Of a DNA stretch of 64,000 nt, positions 54,251 through 63,942 are shown in pieces. The stretch is from an uncultured Gemmatimonadales bacterium (GTDB lineage Bacteria > Gemmatimonadota > Gemmatimonadetes > Gemmatimonadales > GWC2-71-9), in assembly GCA_963779755.1 (NCBI GenBank), contig CAVZZO010000003.1, positions 768,001 to 832,000 of the forward strand. Reading direction: 5' to 3'. Position numbers and translations under genes: made by a program. Under the pieces are notes generated by a model, which searched no databases, was not told the origin of the DNA, and worked only from the letters and a program-made list of their open reading frames with translations. Numbering within the stretch: the first letter of the stretch is position 1; each line of letters starts with the position of its first letter.

Positions 54251-55064
54251 TCAAGACGGAGCTCGCGACGCGACTCGCGGCCCACGGCTCAGATCTGGGG
54301 CGTTGGCCGGCTCAAAAGGGCACAGGGGCCGGAGAGGACCGAGCGGACATTCGGGAAGGTCTCCAACCAAGCCGGTGCGGATCTCCCCTGATTCCCCACC
54401 CGACCGGTTGGCCCAGTCGGGACAGACGTATCCCCAGCGGCGGAGGGTAGCCTCCAGCATCCATTCCCAGCCGGGGATCTCAACCGTGTTTCGGAAGGAC
54501 TCCAGCCCACACAGGTCCACCCACCGGCGTACCGTCCTCGCATCGTGTCCGGAGCAACTGGCGAGAAAATCCACGGAAGCTCCCGGCATGAGCTCGGCTC
54601 GAAACTTCAGCCGGATCAGCGCGCCAACTCTGCTCCATTGCGTGCGTGTCAGGCAACCGAGCTCGCGTACTCGACGCACCCGGGTTCGGGAAGAAGACGA
54701 ATACCCACTCAGCTGTATCGGCTCCTCTGGCGCGAGGAAGCACTCCGCCGGGCAGCGCAATCGCGGTGAACGCCCCGGGAAGCGGAGCGATGGTCCGGAG
54801 GAAGAGATCGGTGGATTCGTCCGGCTTGCTCTTTACCACCAGACACACCGGACACCAGGGCGCGGAGAGGGCGGCGGGCAGTACCCCGGCGGCCGCGGCG
54901 AGAACGTCACCGCCCTCTACCAGAAGAATGCTGCCGTTTGGCGGGGCGGCGGTCCCGAGAGGGCCTGCCTCCCAGGACGGCGGCGTTATGCACGTCACCT
55001 GCAGGGACATGCCAGACTCGAGATCAAGATACGTGAGCATGCAGCCCGGCTCCTGCCCTGTCAA
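54251..55064 (-). pseudogene. Putative transcriptional regulator with C-terminal HTH, frameshifted near 54760
   Basis: N-part in ORF 54480-55064 (ILLVEG...APWCPVCLV), C-part in ORF 54251-54760 (SVDFLASCSGHDARTVRRWV...GWEWMLEATLR); divergent from the DsbA module. Confidence 0.5.
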
Positions 55065-55157
55065 GGCGTGCAGGAATCGGCCACGAATGGCCTGCGGTGG
55101 TATGGCAGCCGACTCTGAAGATCGCCAGCTTGAACCACCTCCACCAGGATCTCCTGC

Positions 55158-56014
55158 ATGGGTCGGTGTCTGCGAGGGACTGCACTGTTGCTTGCCCTGG
55201 CTCCACCGCCTGCGGGACCGCCGGGCAGCAAGCCCGGCTCGATCGCTTATCCCTCCGGGTGGACAGCCTGGCCCGCACGCTCACGGCCGTGGTCGCCGCG
55301 CAACGCGGCCAGGGGGCGGCCGTACCCGGCACGGCCGATGTCACCATCGGCGCCCTCCCGATTGCCGGCTCGCCGGCCGCGCCGATCACGATCGTGGAGT
55401 TCACCGACTACCAGTGTCCCTTTTGTGGTCGGCACGCGCGGGAGACACTGCCGGTCATCCGGCGGGACTACATCGCGCGCGGGCTGGTCCGGTATGTCGT
55501 ACGCGATCTGCCCCTTCCCATCCATGCGAATGCTCAGCCGGCAGCCAGGCTAATGCGATGCGTGGCCCGGCTTGATCCCAAGGCCTTCTGGCCCCTTCAT
55601 GATTCGCTGTTCCATCCCCGACATGAGCTTTCGGACTTGCTCCTGACCTCGTTTGGGAGGCAGACCCGTATCGCTCCGGGGCTGCTACACGAGTGTCTTG
55701 TGGATTCCACGGTGGAACAAGGCATCGCGCAGGATGTGAACGATGCGACGGTGGCCGGGCTCCGGGGTACGCCGTCCTTTGTGATCGGGTGGACCCGGGA
55801 AGACGGGCAAGTACGAGGGCGTACGATCTCGGGGGCGTATCCCATTGAGGTCTTCCGGCAGTTGCTGGATTCACTGGTCGCCGCCCAGCGGACGGGGGCC
55901 CAGACTGGCAGTCGTTCATCCACGCCCAACAACAGGGGCCTCTATGTATCGAGCAATCCGGAGTGCCGCAACGGTCTTTGCCCTGGGACTCCTCCCGATC
56001 CTGGCGGGTTGTGA
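55158..56014 (+). CDS. dsbA: DsbA-family thiol-disulfide oxidoreductase lipoprotein, copy 1 (1-nt deletion in signal peptide)
   Basis: EFTDYQCPFC, GTPSF; alignment to copy 3 shows the frameshift near 55203. Confidence 0.85.
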
Positions 56015-56109
56015 AGGCAGCGCCGGCGCGCCCACAGCGGAGTCCCCTCCCATTCCCACCCTTGACGGACCCGGCACCGGACGTCAGAGTCTGGTGATAG
56101 GTGGGCCGG

Positions 56110-57483
56110 GGTGCCGTCCCGATTCGTGTAGAAAATTGAAATGGCGTATGCTTCCGGGATGATCGAACCCCGATCCGCCGAAGTGCGGATCTAACCCGGA
56201 GGCATACGCCATGAGAGAAGTTACGGCCACGGAGCAGGGGTGGGAAGCACTGGTCGGGGCGGACCCGCTGACGGCGGCCCTGCGCCGCGAAGCGCGGCGC
56301 TGGATTGAGCGCATGTTGCACGAGGAATTGGCGGCCGTCTTGGGCAGCGGCCGGCATGAGCGGACCGCCGCCCGGCAGGGATATCGGCACGGCACCCGGC
56401 GGCGGCGGGTGACGACCAGCCTGGGCCCCGTGGATCTCGCCATCCCGCGAGGGCGGGTGCAGGCGGGCGCCGAGCTGCGGGAATGGCAGAGCGGGCTGCT
56501 GCCGCGGTACGCGCGCCGAGCCCGGGCGGTGGATGCGGCGCTGGTCGGCTTCTACTGCGGGGGCGGCAATCAGCGGCGGCTCGCCCGGGCGCTCCGCTCG
56601 CTGCTGGCCGACGGTCCCGCCTCGCGGAGCACGGTCTCGCGCGTCGTGCGGGGGCTGCGGCAGGGCTACGAGGCGTGGCGCGAGCGCCCCCTGGGGGAGT
56701 TGGGGGTGCAGTATCTCTATCTGGATGCGATCCACCTGCATGTGCGGGTGCTCAAGCGGGTCGAGCCGCTCCCGGTCCAGGTGGCGGTCGGGGTGCGGCC
56801 CGACGGGCAGAAGGTGCTGCTGGATCTCCGGCTCTACGTCGCGGAGAGCGCCGCGGCCTGGGGCGACTTCGTGCGCGGGCTGGTGGAGCGCGGCCTGGTC
56901 GCGCCGGCGCTGGTGATCACCGACGGCAGCAAGGGTCTGCGCCGGGCGCTGAGCGAGATCTGGCCGCAGGCTGCGGTGCAGCGCTGCACGGTGCATAAGC
57001 TGCGCAACCTGGCGGCCCACTGCCCGCAGCGGCTCTATCCGGCCGTCAAGCGCGACTACCACGCCATCGTGTATGCCGCCGATGCGGAGGCGGCGCGGCG
57101 GGCCTGGGGGCGGTTTACCCGCCGCTGGGGCCGGGAGCTGCCGGGGGTGGTGGCGAGCCTGGAGGAGGCGGGCGAGGAGCTGCTCACGTTCTATCGCCTG
57201 CCGAAGGCGCAGTGGAAGAGCCTCCGCACGACGAATATCGTCGAGCGCGTGCTGGAGGAGGTGCGACGGCGAGTCAAAACGCAGGGATCGTTGCCCAGCA
57301 CCGACGCCGTCCTGGTGCTCGGCTACGGTCTGATCGCGACGGGGCAACTGCCCTTGCGGCGGATTGCCGGCTGGCGAACCTTGCCCCGTGTCAGTAACCG
57401 TCAAGCGGCTGCATGAGCGCCTGACACGCTTGGAGGCCCGGAGACAGCGCCCATTGATTTTCTACACAACTCGGGACACGACC
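56110..57483 (+). mobile_element. IS256-family insertion sequence
   Basis: Imperfect 27-bp terminal IRs (GGTGCCGTCCCGATTCGTGTAGAAAAT / ATTTTCTACACAACTCGGGACACGACC); 8-bp TSD TGGGCCGG at 56102-56109 and 57484-57491. Confidence 0.95.
56211..57416 (+). CDS. tnp: IS256 (Mutator-like) transposase
   Basis: GYRHG..R...T.LG...L.IPR, YLYLDA, VITDG.KGL, QRCTVHK.RN, LRTTNIVER..EEVRRR. Confidence 0.95.
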   Translation: MREVTATEQGWEALVGADPLTAALRREARRWIERMLHEELAAVLGSGRHERTAARQGYRHGTRRRRVTTSLGPVDLAIPRGRVQAGAELREWQSGLLPRYARRARAVDAALVGFYCGGGNQRRLARALRSLLADGPASRSTVSRVVRGLRQGYEAWRERPLGELGVQYLYLDAIHLHVRVLKRVEPLPVQVAVGVRPDGQKVLLDLRLYVAESAAAWGDFVRGLVERGLVAPALVITDGSKGLRRALSEIWPQAAVQRCTVHKLRNLAAHCPQRLYPAVKRDYHAIVYAADAEAARRAWGRFTRRWGRELPGVVASLEEAGEELLTFYRLPKAQWKSLRTTNIVERVLEEVRRRVKTQGSLPSTDAVLVLGYGLIATGQLPLRRIAGWRTLPRVSNRQAAA

Positions 57484-57897
57484 TGGGCCGGATCTCCCGG
57501 CCCAGTGCGCCGAGTGGCACTGCGAGAGCGGCATCTGTGGGAACGATACGGCCATCTATGGTGCGTGCTGCACCCAGGCGGTGGACGAAGAACATCCCTA
57601 TCCGGAGCCTCGCCCCTCCTGCCAGAGCACGCAGTCGTACTGCTATCAGTATCCGCAACGGTGTGTGGAATCCCCGGAGTGCAATTCCATGCTTGCCCCT
57701 CAGTATTGTTATCATGCAAACGCCCCAGACGCCTGCATGGACGGAGCGTTCCCGGACAGCCTCCGTACAATGCCGTGCCGGTACTTCACCTGGTACGATA
57801 TCTCCCAATGCACGTGCGGCATTTACTAACAAGCAACAAGGGCGCTGAAAGACACTGCGACGGGCCTGAGGCCATTCTCTCGAAGTTCCGCACCAGA

Positions 57898-59979
57898 ATG
57901 GGTATCCTGACGCTGGCATTCTTGGCGGCTCCTGCGACCGGCCTGTGGTGCCAGACAGCCCCCACCCATTCAGGCGAAGCTCGGTGCGCCAGAGCGACAG
58001 GGATCCGGACGAATGCAGCGAAGGAAGCCGACTCCCTTCGAAGTGAGCTTGCCTGCTGGGAGCGCGTCGTCTTGGAGCGGAATCGGGACAGTGCCCAGGC
58101 TTGGCTCGGGATCGGTCTTGCACGGCTTGGCCTTGCTCGGCTGAAAGAGATCGCCAAGGAGGGGCCGCTCCAGCCGCTGGGGTCCAGCTACGCGCGGGGA
58201 GCCGCGGAGGCTTTCATGCGCACATTGGAACTGGATTCCACCCGGTCCGAGGCGGCCATCAACCTTCCCAAGGCTCTCGACCTGCTGCCGGCCTGGGTCC
58301 CCTACACGCAGGCTCGCGACGCCCTCCGGCGGACGACCGGGACAGAAGCAGGCCAGGTTCCTACGGTCCTGCTTGCGCGAGCTCAATACGAGCGCGAAAC
58401 CAGGGAACGCGATTCCACCCGGATACTTCTCAAGCGGTTTCTTGCCTCGGGCAGCGACTCGTCCATAGCCGAACTGGAGTTGGCGAGGGAATACTATGCT
58501 GTCGGAGATACCGCCGCTGGTGCGGGTGCCTATGCGCGCGGCGCAATCGCGGCCGGCCGCACGGCACCCGGTCACCAGGCTTACCGCGAACAGCTTGCAC
58601 TGGTGGCCTCCCCGGAAGAACTCGTTCAATTCGATTCAGTGCCGGCCGATTCCCTTGGCCCTTGGATAGCTCGGTTCTGGTCACGCAGGGATGACGAAGC
58701 GGGCCGGCCTGCAGGCGATCGCCTTGCCGAGCACTTCCGCCGGTACGAATACTCGATGAAGAATTTCCGGGCCATCGTGCGCCGCCCACCGGGGGCACCG
58801 CTGGTCAGCGTGATGACGGCAGACGTACAGACCGGGGCTATTGATACTCTGACAATGGATCAGGCACTGGACCAACTGTACGGCGATTCCGCGGGAGGAA
58901 GCACGCTTCTCCGACAGCACCAGCTTGCCGGAGCCGGAGAAATGGACCCGCGGGGGCCGGTATACATCAGGCTCGGGCCGCCAGACGATCGTGCTGGTTC
59001 ATTCTGGGCCTACTACCGGAGCACAGGCAACCTGTATCTGGCTGTGGACCCTCAGGGGCGCCCCGGGTCACTCTGTGATCTTGACGTATGGTTCTGCTTC
59101 CCCGGGACCGACCGGCTTCGCCAGTTGTGGCATAAGACATTGGCGCATATGGCAACGAAAGCAGCGCAGGTTGACGAGTACCTGCCGCGCTACCGGCACT
59201 CCATCCACCCGACGGTCCAGGTGTATGCGGTCCAGAGCCCGGCGGGAGACAGTGCAGGCTGCCTGCTCGCCGTCTTTGCGGTCCCGCAGGATGACCTCGT
59301 CAAACCGGATAGCAGTGACGGTTTTGCCTATCCCATTCACCTGTATCTGGTGGCGAGCGCCCCTGACGGCAGCCGGCGCGCCGACCTGGACACGCTGCGC
59401 ACATTCGTCACCCCAGAGCCCCTCCAGGGCGACGAGTACCTCACCGGCCTGCTGGAGCTGCCGGTGCCGCCCGGACTGGTCAATGTCCGGCTGACCATCA
59501 CCCAGCCCGATTCCGTTCACGCCCGGCCCGCGGATGCCCGGCCGGAAGTCACCGGCGACCGGGGCGCTGTGGTCGGGCTCGACAGCGTAAGAGTCCCTGA
59601 TGCGGAGCGTTTCTCCCTGAGCGACCCGATTCTGGGCCGGAGCGGCGCCGGCCTGGTCTGGCAGTCGCCCGAGGGGCCCGTCCCCCTCAACCCGCTCGGC
59701 GCCTTCCCTTCAGGCTCCCGGGCCAGCCTCTACTACCAGGCGGCGGGGCTGCACCCGGGAGCCACCTACCGGCAGCAGGTCGCCATCACACCGGCCAAGG
59801 GGAAGGGACCCGGCATGACGCTGAGCTTCTCCGAACCCGCCACGGGAAGCCGACAGGCGTTCCTCCGGGCGCTCATTCTGAAGGACCTGCGGCCAGGTAA
59901 GTACACGCTTGCAGTGACGCTGGAGGCGCCGGACGGGACGCGTGTCGAACGAACCACGCCGCTCAATGTGACGCGGTAG
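57898..59979 (+). CDS. Secreted GWxTD-like domain protein, copy 1
   Basis: TPR-like N-terminus; RFWSRRD...RLAEHFRRYEY...DPRGPVYIRLGPPD; C-terminal LSDPIL...PLNP beta domain; start uncertain (57808 or 57898). Confidence 0.75.
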   Translation: MGILTLAFLAAPATGLWCQTAPTHSGEARCARATGIRTNAAKEADSLRSELACWERVVLERNRDSAQAWLGIGLARLGLARLKEIAKEGPLQPLGSSYARGAAEAFMRTLELDSTRSEAAINLPKALDLLPAWVPYTQARDALRRTTGTEAGQVPTVLLARAQYERETRERDSTRILLKRFLASGSDSSIAELELAREYYAVGDTAAGAGAYARGAIAAGRTAPGHQAYREQLALVASPEELVQFDSVPADSLGPWIARFWSRRDDEAGRPAGDRLAEHFRRYEYSMKNFRAIVRRPPGAPLVSVMTADVQTGAIDTLTMDQALDQLYGDSAGGSTLLRQHQLAGAGEMDPRGPVYIRLGPPDDRAGSFWAYYRSTGNLYLAVDPQGRPGSLCDLDVWFCFPGTDRLRQLWHKTLAHMATKAAQVDEYLPRYRHSIHPTVQVYAVQSPAGDSAGCLLAVFAVPQDDLVKPDSSDGFAYPIHLYLVASAPDGSRRADLDTLRTFVTPEPLQGDEYLTGLLELPVPPGLVNVRLTITQPDSVHARPADARPEVTGDRGAVVGLDSVRVPDAERFSLSDPILGRSGAGLVWQSPEGPVPLNPLGAFPSGSRASLYYQAAGLHPGATYRQQVAITPAKGKGPGMTLSFSEPATGSRQAFLRALILKDLRPGKYTLAVTLEAPDGTRVERTTPLNVTR

Positions 59980-60018
59980 GGCGGGACTCGGGGCACATTC
60001 GCCCTTCCAGAAACAGCC

Positions 60019-60052
60019 GAAGCCCCGCTCGCTGGACTGTGAGCGGGGCTTC
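60019..60052. terminator. Hairpin after GWxTD-like gene (repeated at 62952-62984)
   Basis: GAAGCCCCGCTC-N10-GAGCGGGGCTTC perfect 12-bp stem. Confidence 0.6.
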
Positions 60053-60136
60053 AACATCAAGGCGCGCACGAACCGGCCAGGATTGGCTCCGAATGGCATG
60101 GCAGGGCTCTGTGAAGTTCCGGAGATTGTGCCGTCC

Positions 60137-60393
60137 GGCCTCCGGGACACCCCGGCCTTTGTGATCGGGCCCACTCGGGAGGACGGCCGGTACTGGGGCG
60201 TACGATCTCCGGCGCCTATCCCATGGAGGTCTTCCGCCAGTTGCTGGATTCACTGGTCGCCGCCCGGCGGACGGGGGACCAGGCTGGCAGCCGTTCATCC
60301 ACGCCCAACGACAGAGGCATCTATGCATCGAATAATCCGGAGTGCCGCGACAACGTTTGCCCTGGGGCTCATCCCCCTGCTGGCGGGTTGTGA
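60137..60393 (+). pseudogene. dsbA: 3' remnant of dsbA, copy 2
   Basis: Aligns to the last third of copies 1 and 3 (GLR.TPAFVIG...ISGAYPMEVFRQLLDSLVAA); CPFC region deleted. Confidence 0.8.
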
Positions 60394-60769
60394 GGGAGGC
60401 GGAGGCACGCCGACTGCGGAGTCGCCTCCCATTCCCACTCTTGACGGACGTGGCACCGGGCTTCAGAGTTTTGTGATAGGTGGGCCGGACCTGCCGGCCG
60501 ATTGTGCCGAGTGGCATTGCGAGAGCGGCATCTGTGGCAACGATACGGCGATCTATGGTGCGTGCTGCACCCAGGCGGTGGACGAAGAGCATCCCTATCC
60601 GGAGCCTCGCCCCTCCTGCCAGAGCACGCAGTCGTACTGTTACCAGTATCCCCAGCGCTGTGTGGAATCCCCGGAGTGCAACGCTATGCTGGCGCCTCCG
60701 CATTGTTATCACGCACAGCCCCCAGAGGGCTACACATGGTACGATTTTCCGGAGTGCCTGTGCGGATAG
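60323..60769 (+). CDS. Small Cys-rich lipoprotein, copy 2 (intact, 148 aa)
   Basis: LLAG-C lipobox, Pro/Gly linker, 12 further Cys, no CxxCH. Confidence 0.85.
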   Translation: MHRIIRSAATTFALGLIPLLAGCEGGGGTPTAESPPIPTLDGRGTGLQSFVIGGPDLPADCAEWHCESGICGNDTAIYGACCTQAVDEEHPYPEPRPSCQSTQSYCYQYPQRCVESPECNAMLAPPHCYHAQPPEGYTWYDFPECLCG

Positions 60770-60795
60770 GCGGCGAGAAGGGTAGCGCATAGAGC

Positions 60796-62913
60796 ATGTG
60801 GAATAGTCTGCCCTCCACGCGAGCACTGCTCTTGGCTAGCATTGGCGCTGCTGTCATTGCGACCTTTGCGGCAGCGCCAGCCCACAGTCAAGCTCGGCCT
60901 GTTCAGGCAGCATCTCCTGCGGAGGACGCTCTTGGATCCACAGACCGTCGCACAGCGGATTCGCTTCGAGCCATGCTTGACGGCTGGAGCAGAGTGGTCA
61001 GAGAGAAGAATCCTGAGAGCGCCGAGGCGTGGCTGGCGATCGGGCTCGCACGACTAGGCTTGGCAAGACTCGGCGCTTATGCCAAGGAAGGTCCCCTCCA
61101 GCCGATTGGCTCCACTTACGCCCTTGGGGCGGCGGAGGCGTTTATGCGGGTGTTAGCCCTGGACTCGACCGAGTCCAGGGCCGCCGTCAAACTGCCCGCC
61201 GCACTCAGTCTGGTCCGCTCCTGGGTTCCTTACACCCAGGCCCGTGATGCGCTCCGTCGGACGGCGGGAACGGAATCGGATCACATCCCTTCGGTGCTGC
61301 TTGCCCGGGCGGGATACGAGCGGGAGACTGGGGAGCGTGATTCGACCATCGCTCTCCTCCTGCGGTACCTGAAGAACGGCGGAGACTCGGCCGTGGGAGA
61401 GCTTGAGCTCGCCCGGGAGTACTACGCCAAGGGTGATACCGCCGATGGGGCCGTCGCCTATGCCGGTGGAGCCCGCGTCGCGGGGCGCACCCCGGAAGGC
61501 CGGGAAGCTTACCGGTCGCAGATGCGCCTGGTGGCCTCGCCAGGGGAACTGACTCGCTTTGACTCTCTGCCGGGCGACTCCCTGGGACCCTGGATCGAGC
61601 AGTTCTGGTCCCGCCGGGATGCCGAAACGGGACGAGCGGACGGCGAACGCCTGGCGGAACATTTCCGCCGGTACGAGTACGCGATGACCAACTTCCGGGC
61701 CATCGTGCGGCGGCCACCCGGTGCACCGCTAGTGGATGTCATGACTGCGGATGTGAACACCGGGGCGTTGGATTCCATCACGGAAGCGGATGCGCTCAGC
61801 TTGATGTTCGGGGATTCGGCCGGCGGGAACACGTTACTCCCTCAGCATCAGATTCGCGGGGCCGGCGAACTGGACCCACGAGGCTCCATCTACATTCGCC
61901 ATGGTCCGCCAGACGACCGCGCAGGAAGGTGGTGGGCCTATCACCGAGCCGGCGGCAACCTGTATCTCCTGGTAGTACCCCTGAATGCCATGCTGCCCGG
62001 CACCCCCTGCGACCTCGACATCTGGTTCTGCATCCCGCCAACACCTCGCCTGGTTCAGTTGCAGAAGCAAGCGCTGGATCGAATGGCCGAGACGGCCCTG
62101 CGAAGCGACGAATACTGGCCGTCCTACCGTCACACCATCCACCCGACGGTCCAGGTGTATGCGATGCAGGGGACCGGTAAAGACCGTGGGGGTCGCCTCC
62201 TCGTGGTCTTTGCCGTCCCCCAGGATGATCTGGCGAACCCGGATACCAGTAACGGGTTTGCCTATTCCATCCACCTGTATCTGGTCGCCAGCACTCCTGA
62301 CGGCAGCCGGCGCGCCGACCTGGACACGCTGCGGACCTTCGTCACCCCACGGCCCCTCCAGGGCGACGAATATCTCACCGGGCTGCTCGAACTACCGGTG
62401 CCCCCCGGTTTGATCAACGTCCGCCTGACGATCGCCCAGCCGGATTCCGTCCATGCGCGCCCCGCCGACGCCCGGCCCGAGGTGACTGGAGACCGCGGCG
62501 CCCTGGTCGGTCGGGACAGCGTACGGGTCCCGGCGCCGGAACAGTTCTCCCTGAGCGACCCGATTCTGGGTCGGAGCGGGTCCGGGCTGGTCTGGCATTC
62601 CCCCGAGGGGCCCGTCCCCCTCAACCCGCTCGGCGCCTTTCCCACCGGCGCCCGGGCCAGCCTCTACTACGAGGCGGCCGGGCTCCTTCCGGGAGCCACC
62701 TACCGGCAGCAGGTGGCCATTACCCCGGCACACGGCAAGGGACGCGGTATGACCCTGAGCTTCACCGAACCGGCCACCGCTCCGCGCCAGACGTTTCTCC
62801 GGGCGCTCATCCTCAAGGACCTGCGGCCGGGCAGGTACACGCTGACGGTGACGCTGGAAGCGCCGGACGGGGCCCGCATCGAACGGACAACGCCGCTCAA
62901 CGTGTCGCGATAG
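60796..62913 (+). CDS. Secreted GWxTD-like domain protein, copy 2
   Basis: Signal peptide (AHS-Q); QFWSRRD...LAEHFRRYEYA...DPRGSIYIRHGPPD; paralog of 57898-59979. Confidence 0.8.
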   Translation: MWNSLPSTRALLLASIGAAVIATFAAAPAHSQARPVQAASPAEDALGSTDRRTADSLRAMLDGWSRVVREKNPESAEAWLAIGLARLGLARLGAYAKEGPLQPIGSTYALGAAEAFMRVLALDSTESRAAVKLPAALSLVRSWVPYTQARDALRRTAGTESDHIPSVLLARAGYERETGERDSTIALLLRYLKNGGDSAVGELELAREYYAKGDTADGAVAYAGGARVAGRTPEGREAYRSQMRLVASPGELTRFDSLPGDSLGPWIEQFWSRRDAETGRADGERLAEHFRRYEYAMTNFRAIVRRPPGAPLVDVMTADVNTGALDSITEADALSLMFGDSAGGNTLLPQHQIRGAGELDPRGSIYIRHGPPDDRAGRWWAYHRAGGNLYLLVVPLNAMLPGTPCDLDIWFCIPPTPRLVQLQKQALDRMAETALRSDEYWPSYRHTIHPTVQVYAMQGTGKDRGGRLLVVFAVPQDDLANPDTSNGFAYSIHLYLVASTPDGSRRADLDTLRTFVTPRPLQGDEYLTGLLELPVPPGLINVRLTIAQPDSVHARPADARPEVTGDRGALVGRDSVRVPAPEQFSLSDPILGRSGSGLVWHSPEGPVPLNPLGAFPTGARASLYYEAAGLLPGATYRQQVAITPAHGKGRGMTLSFTEPATAPRQTFLRALILKDLRPGRYTLTVTLEAPDGARIERTTPLNVSR

Positions 62914-63084
62914 GGCGGGGCTCGGGCACATTCGCCCTTCCAGAAACAGCCGAAGCCCGCTCGCTGGACCGTGAGCGGGGCTTCACCATCAAGGCGCGCA
63001 CGAACCGGCCACGATTGGCTCCGAATGGCATGGCGGCCCTCTGTGAAGTTCCGCAGGTTGAGCTGTCACCCATCGGATGCGTGT

Positions 63085-63942
63085 ATGGCCCGTGGTCTCC
63101 AAAGCACCTCGCTGCTGCTGGCCCTGGCACTTGCCGCCTGCGGAACCGGGAGGCAGGAGGCCCGCCTCGATCGCCTGGCGCTCCGGGTGGACAGCCTGGC
63201 CCGCACCCTCACGGCCGTGGTCGCCGCGCAGCGCGGCCCCGGGCCTGCCGTACCGGAAACGGCCGACGTTACCATCGGCACCCTCCCGGTTGCCGGCTCG
63301 CCGGCCGCGCCGATCACGATCGTGGAGTTCACCGACTACCAGTGTCCCTTTTGTGGGCGGCACGCACGGGAGATACTGCCGGTGATCCGGCGGGACTATA
63401 TCGCGCGCGGGCTGGTCCGCTATGTGGTGCGCGATCTTCCGCTGCCCATCCATGCCAATGCCCGGCCGGCAGCGAGGCTGATGCGATGCGTGGGCCGCCT
63501 CGACTCCGCCTCCTTCTGGCCGCTCCATGACTCCCTATTCCATGCCCGACGTGAGCTTTCGGAATTGACCCTGACCTCATTGGGGAGGCAGACCCATGTC
63601 GCTCCGGTGCTGCTGCACGGGTGTCTGGCAGACCCAGCGACGGAACAGGGCATCGCGCAGGATGTGAAGGATGCGACCGCGGCGGGGCTCCGGGGCACGC
63701 CGGCGTTTGTGATCGGCCTGAGCCGGGACGACGGAATGGTGCGTGGCCGCACAATCGCAGGCGCATATCCAATGGAGGTCTTCCGGCAGGTGCTGGATTC
63801 ACTGGTAGCTGCAGAGGGTCAGCCGAACCGCAGTGGCAAGCGTTCATCAACGCTCAACGAGCGAGGCGAAAATGCATCGAATAATCTGGAATGCCGCAAC
63901 GGTCTTTGCCTTGGGCCTTCTTCCCCTGGTGGCGGGTTGTGA
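63085..63942 (+). CDS. dsbA: DsbA-family oxidoreductase lipoprotein, copy 3 (intact)
   Basis: LALAA-C lipobox, EFTDYQCPFC, GTPAF. Confidence 0.9.
   Translation: MARGLQSTSLLLALALAACGTGRQEARLDRLALRVDSLARTLTAVVAAQRGPGPAVPETADVTIGTLPVAGSPAAPITIVEFTDYQCPFCGRHAREILPVIRRDYIARGLVRYVVRDLPLPIHANARPAARLMRCVGRLDSASFWPLHDSLFHARRELSELTLTSLGRQTHVAPVLLHGCLADPATEQGIAQDVKDATAAGLRGTPAFVIGLSRDDGMVRGRTIAGAYPMEVFRQVLDSLVAAEGQPNRSGKRSSTLNERGENASNNLECRNGLCLGPSSPGGGL

Larger units (their letters stand above)
55944..57829 (+). pseudogene. Small Cys-rich lipoprotein, copy 1, interrupted by IS256
   Basis: MYRAIRSAATVFALGLLPILAG-C...VIGGP (IS) DLPAQCAEWHCESGICG...CTCGIY; colinear with intact copy 2. Confidence 0.88.

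Noticed and set aside
55097..55157. Upstream start for a 305-aa DsbA
   Set aside because: Comparison with copy 3 points to the ATG at 55158 plus a 1-nt deletion
57364..57897. 871-aa ORF start extending the GWxTD protein
   Set aside because: The extension overlaps the IS end and the Cys-rich gene in another frame; copy 2 indicates a later start
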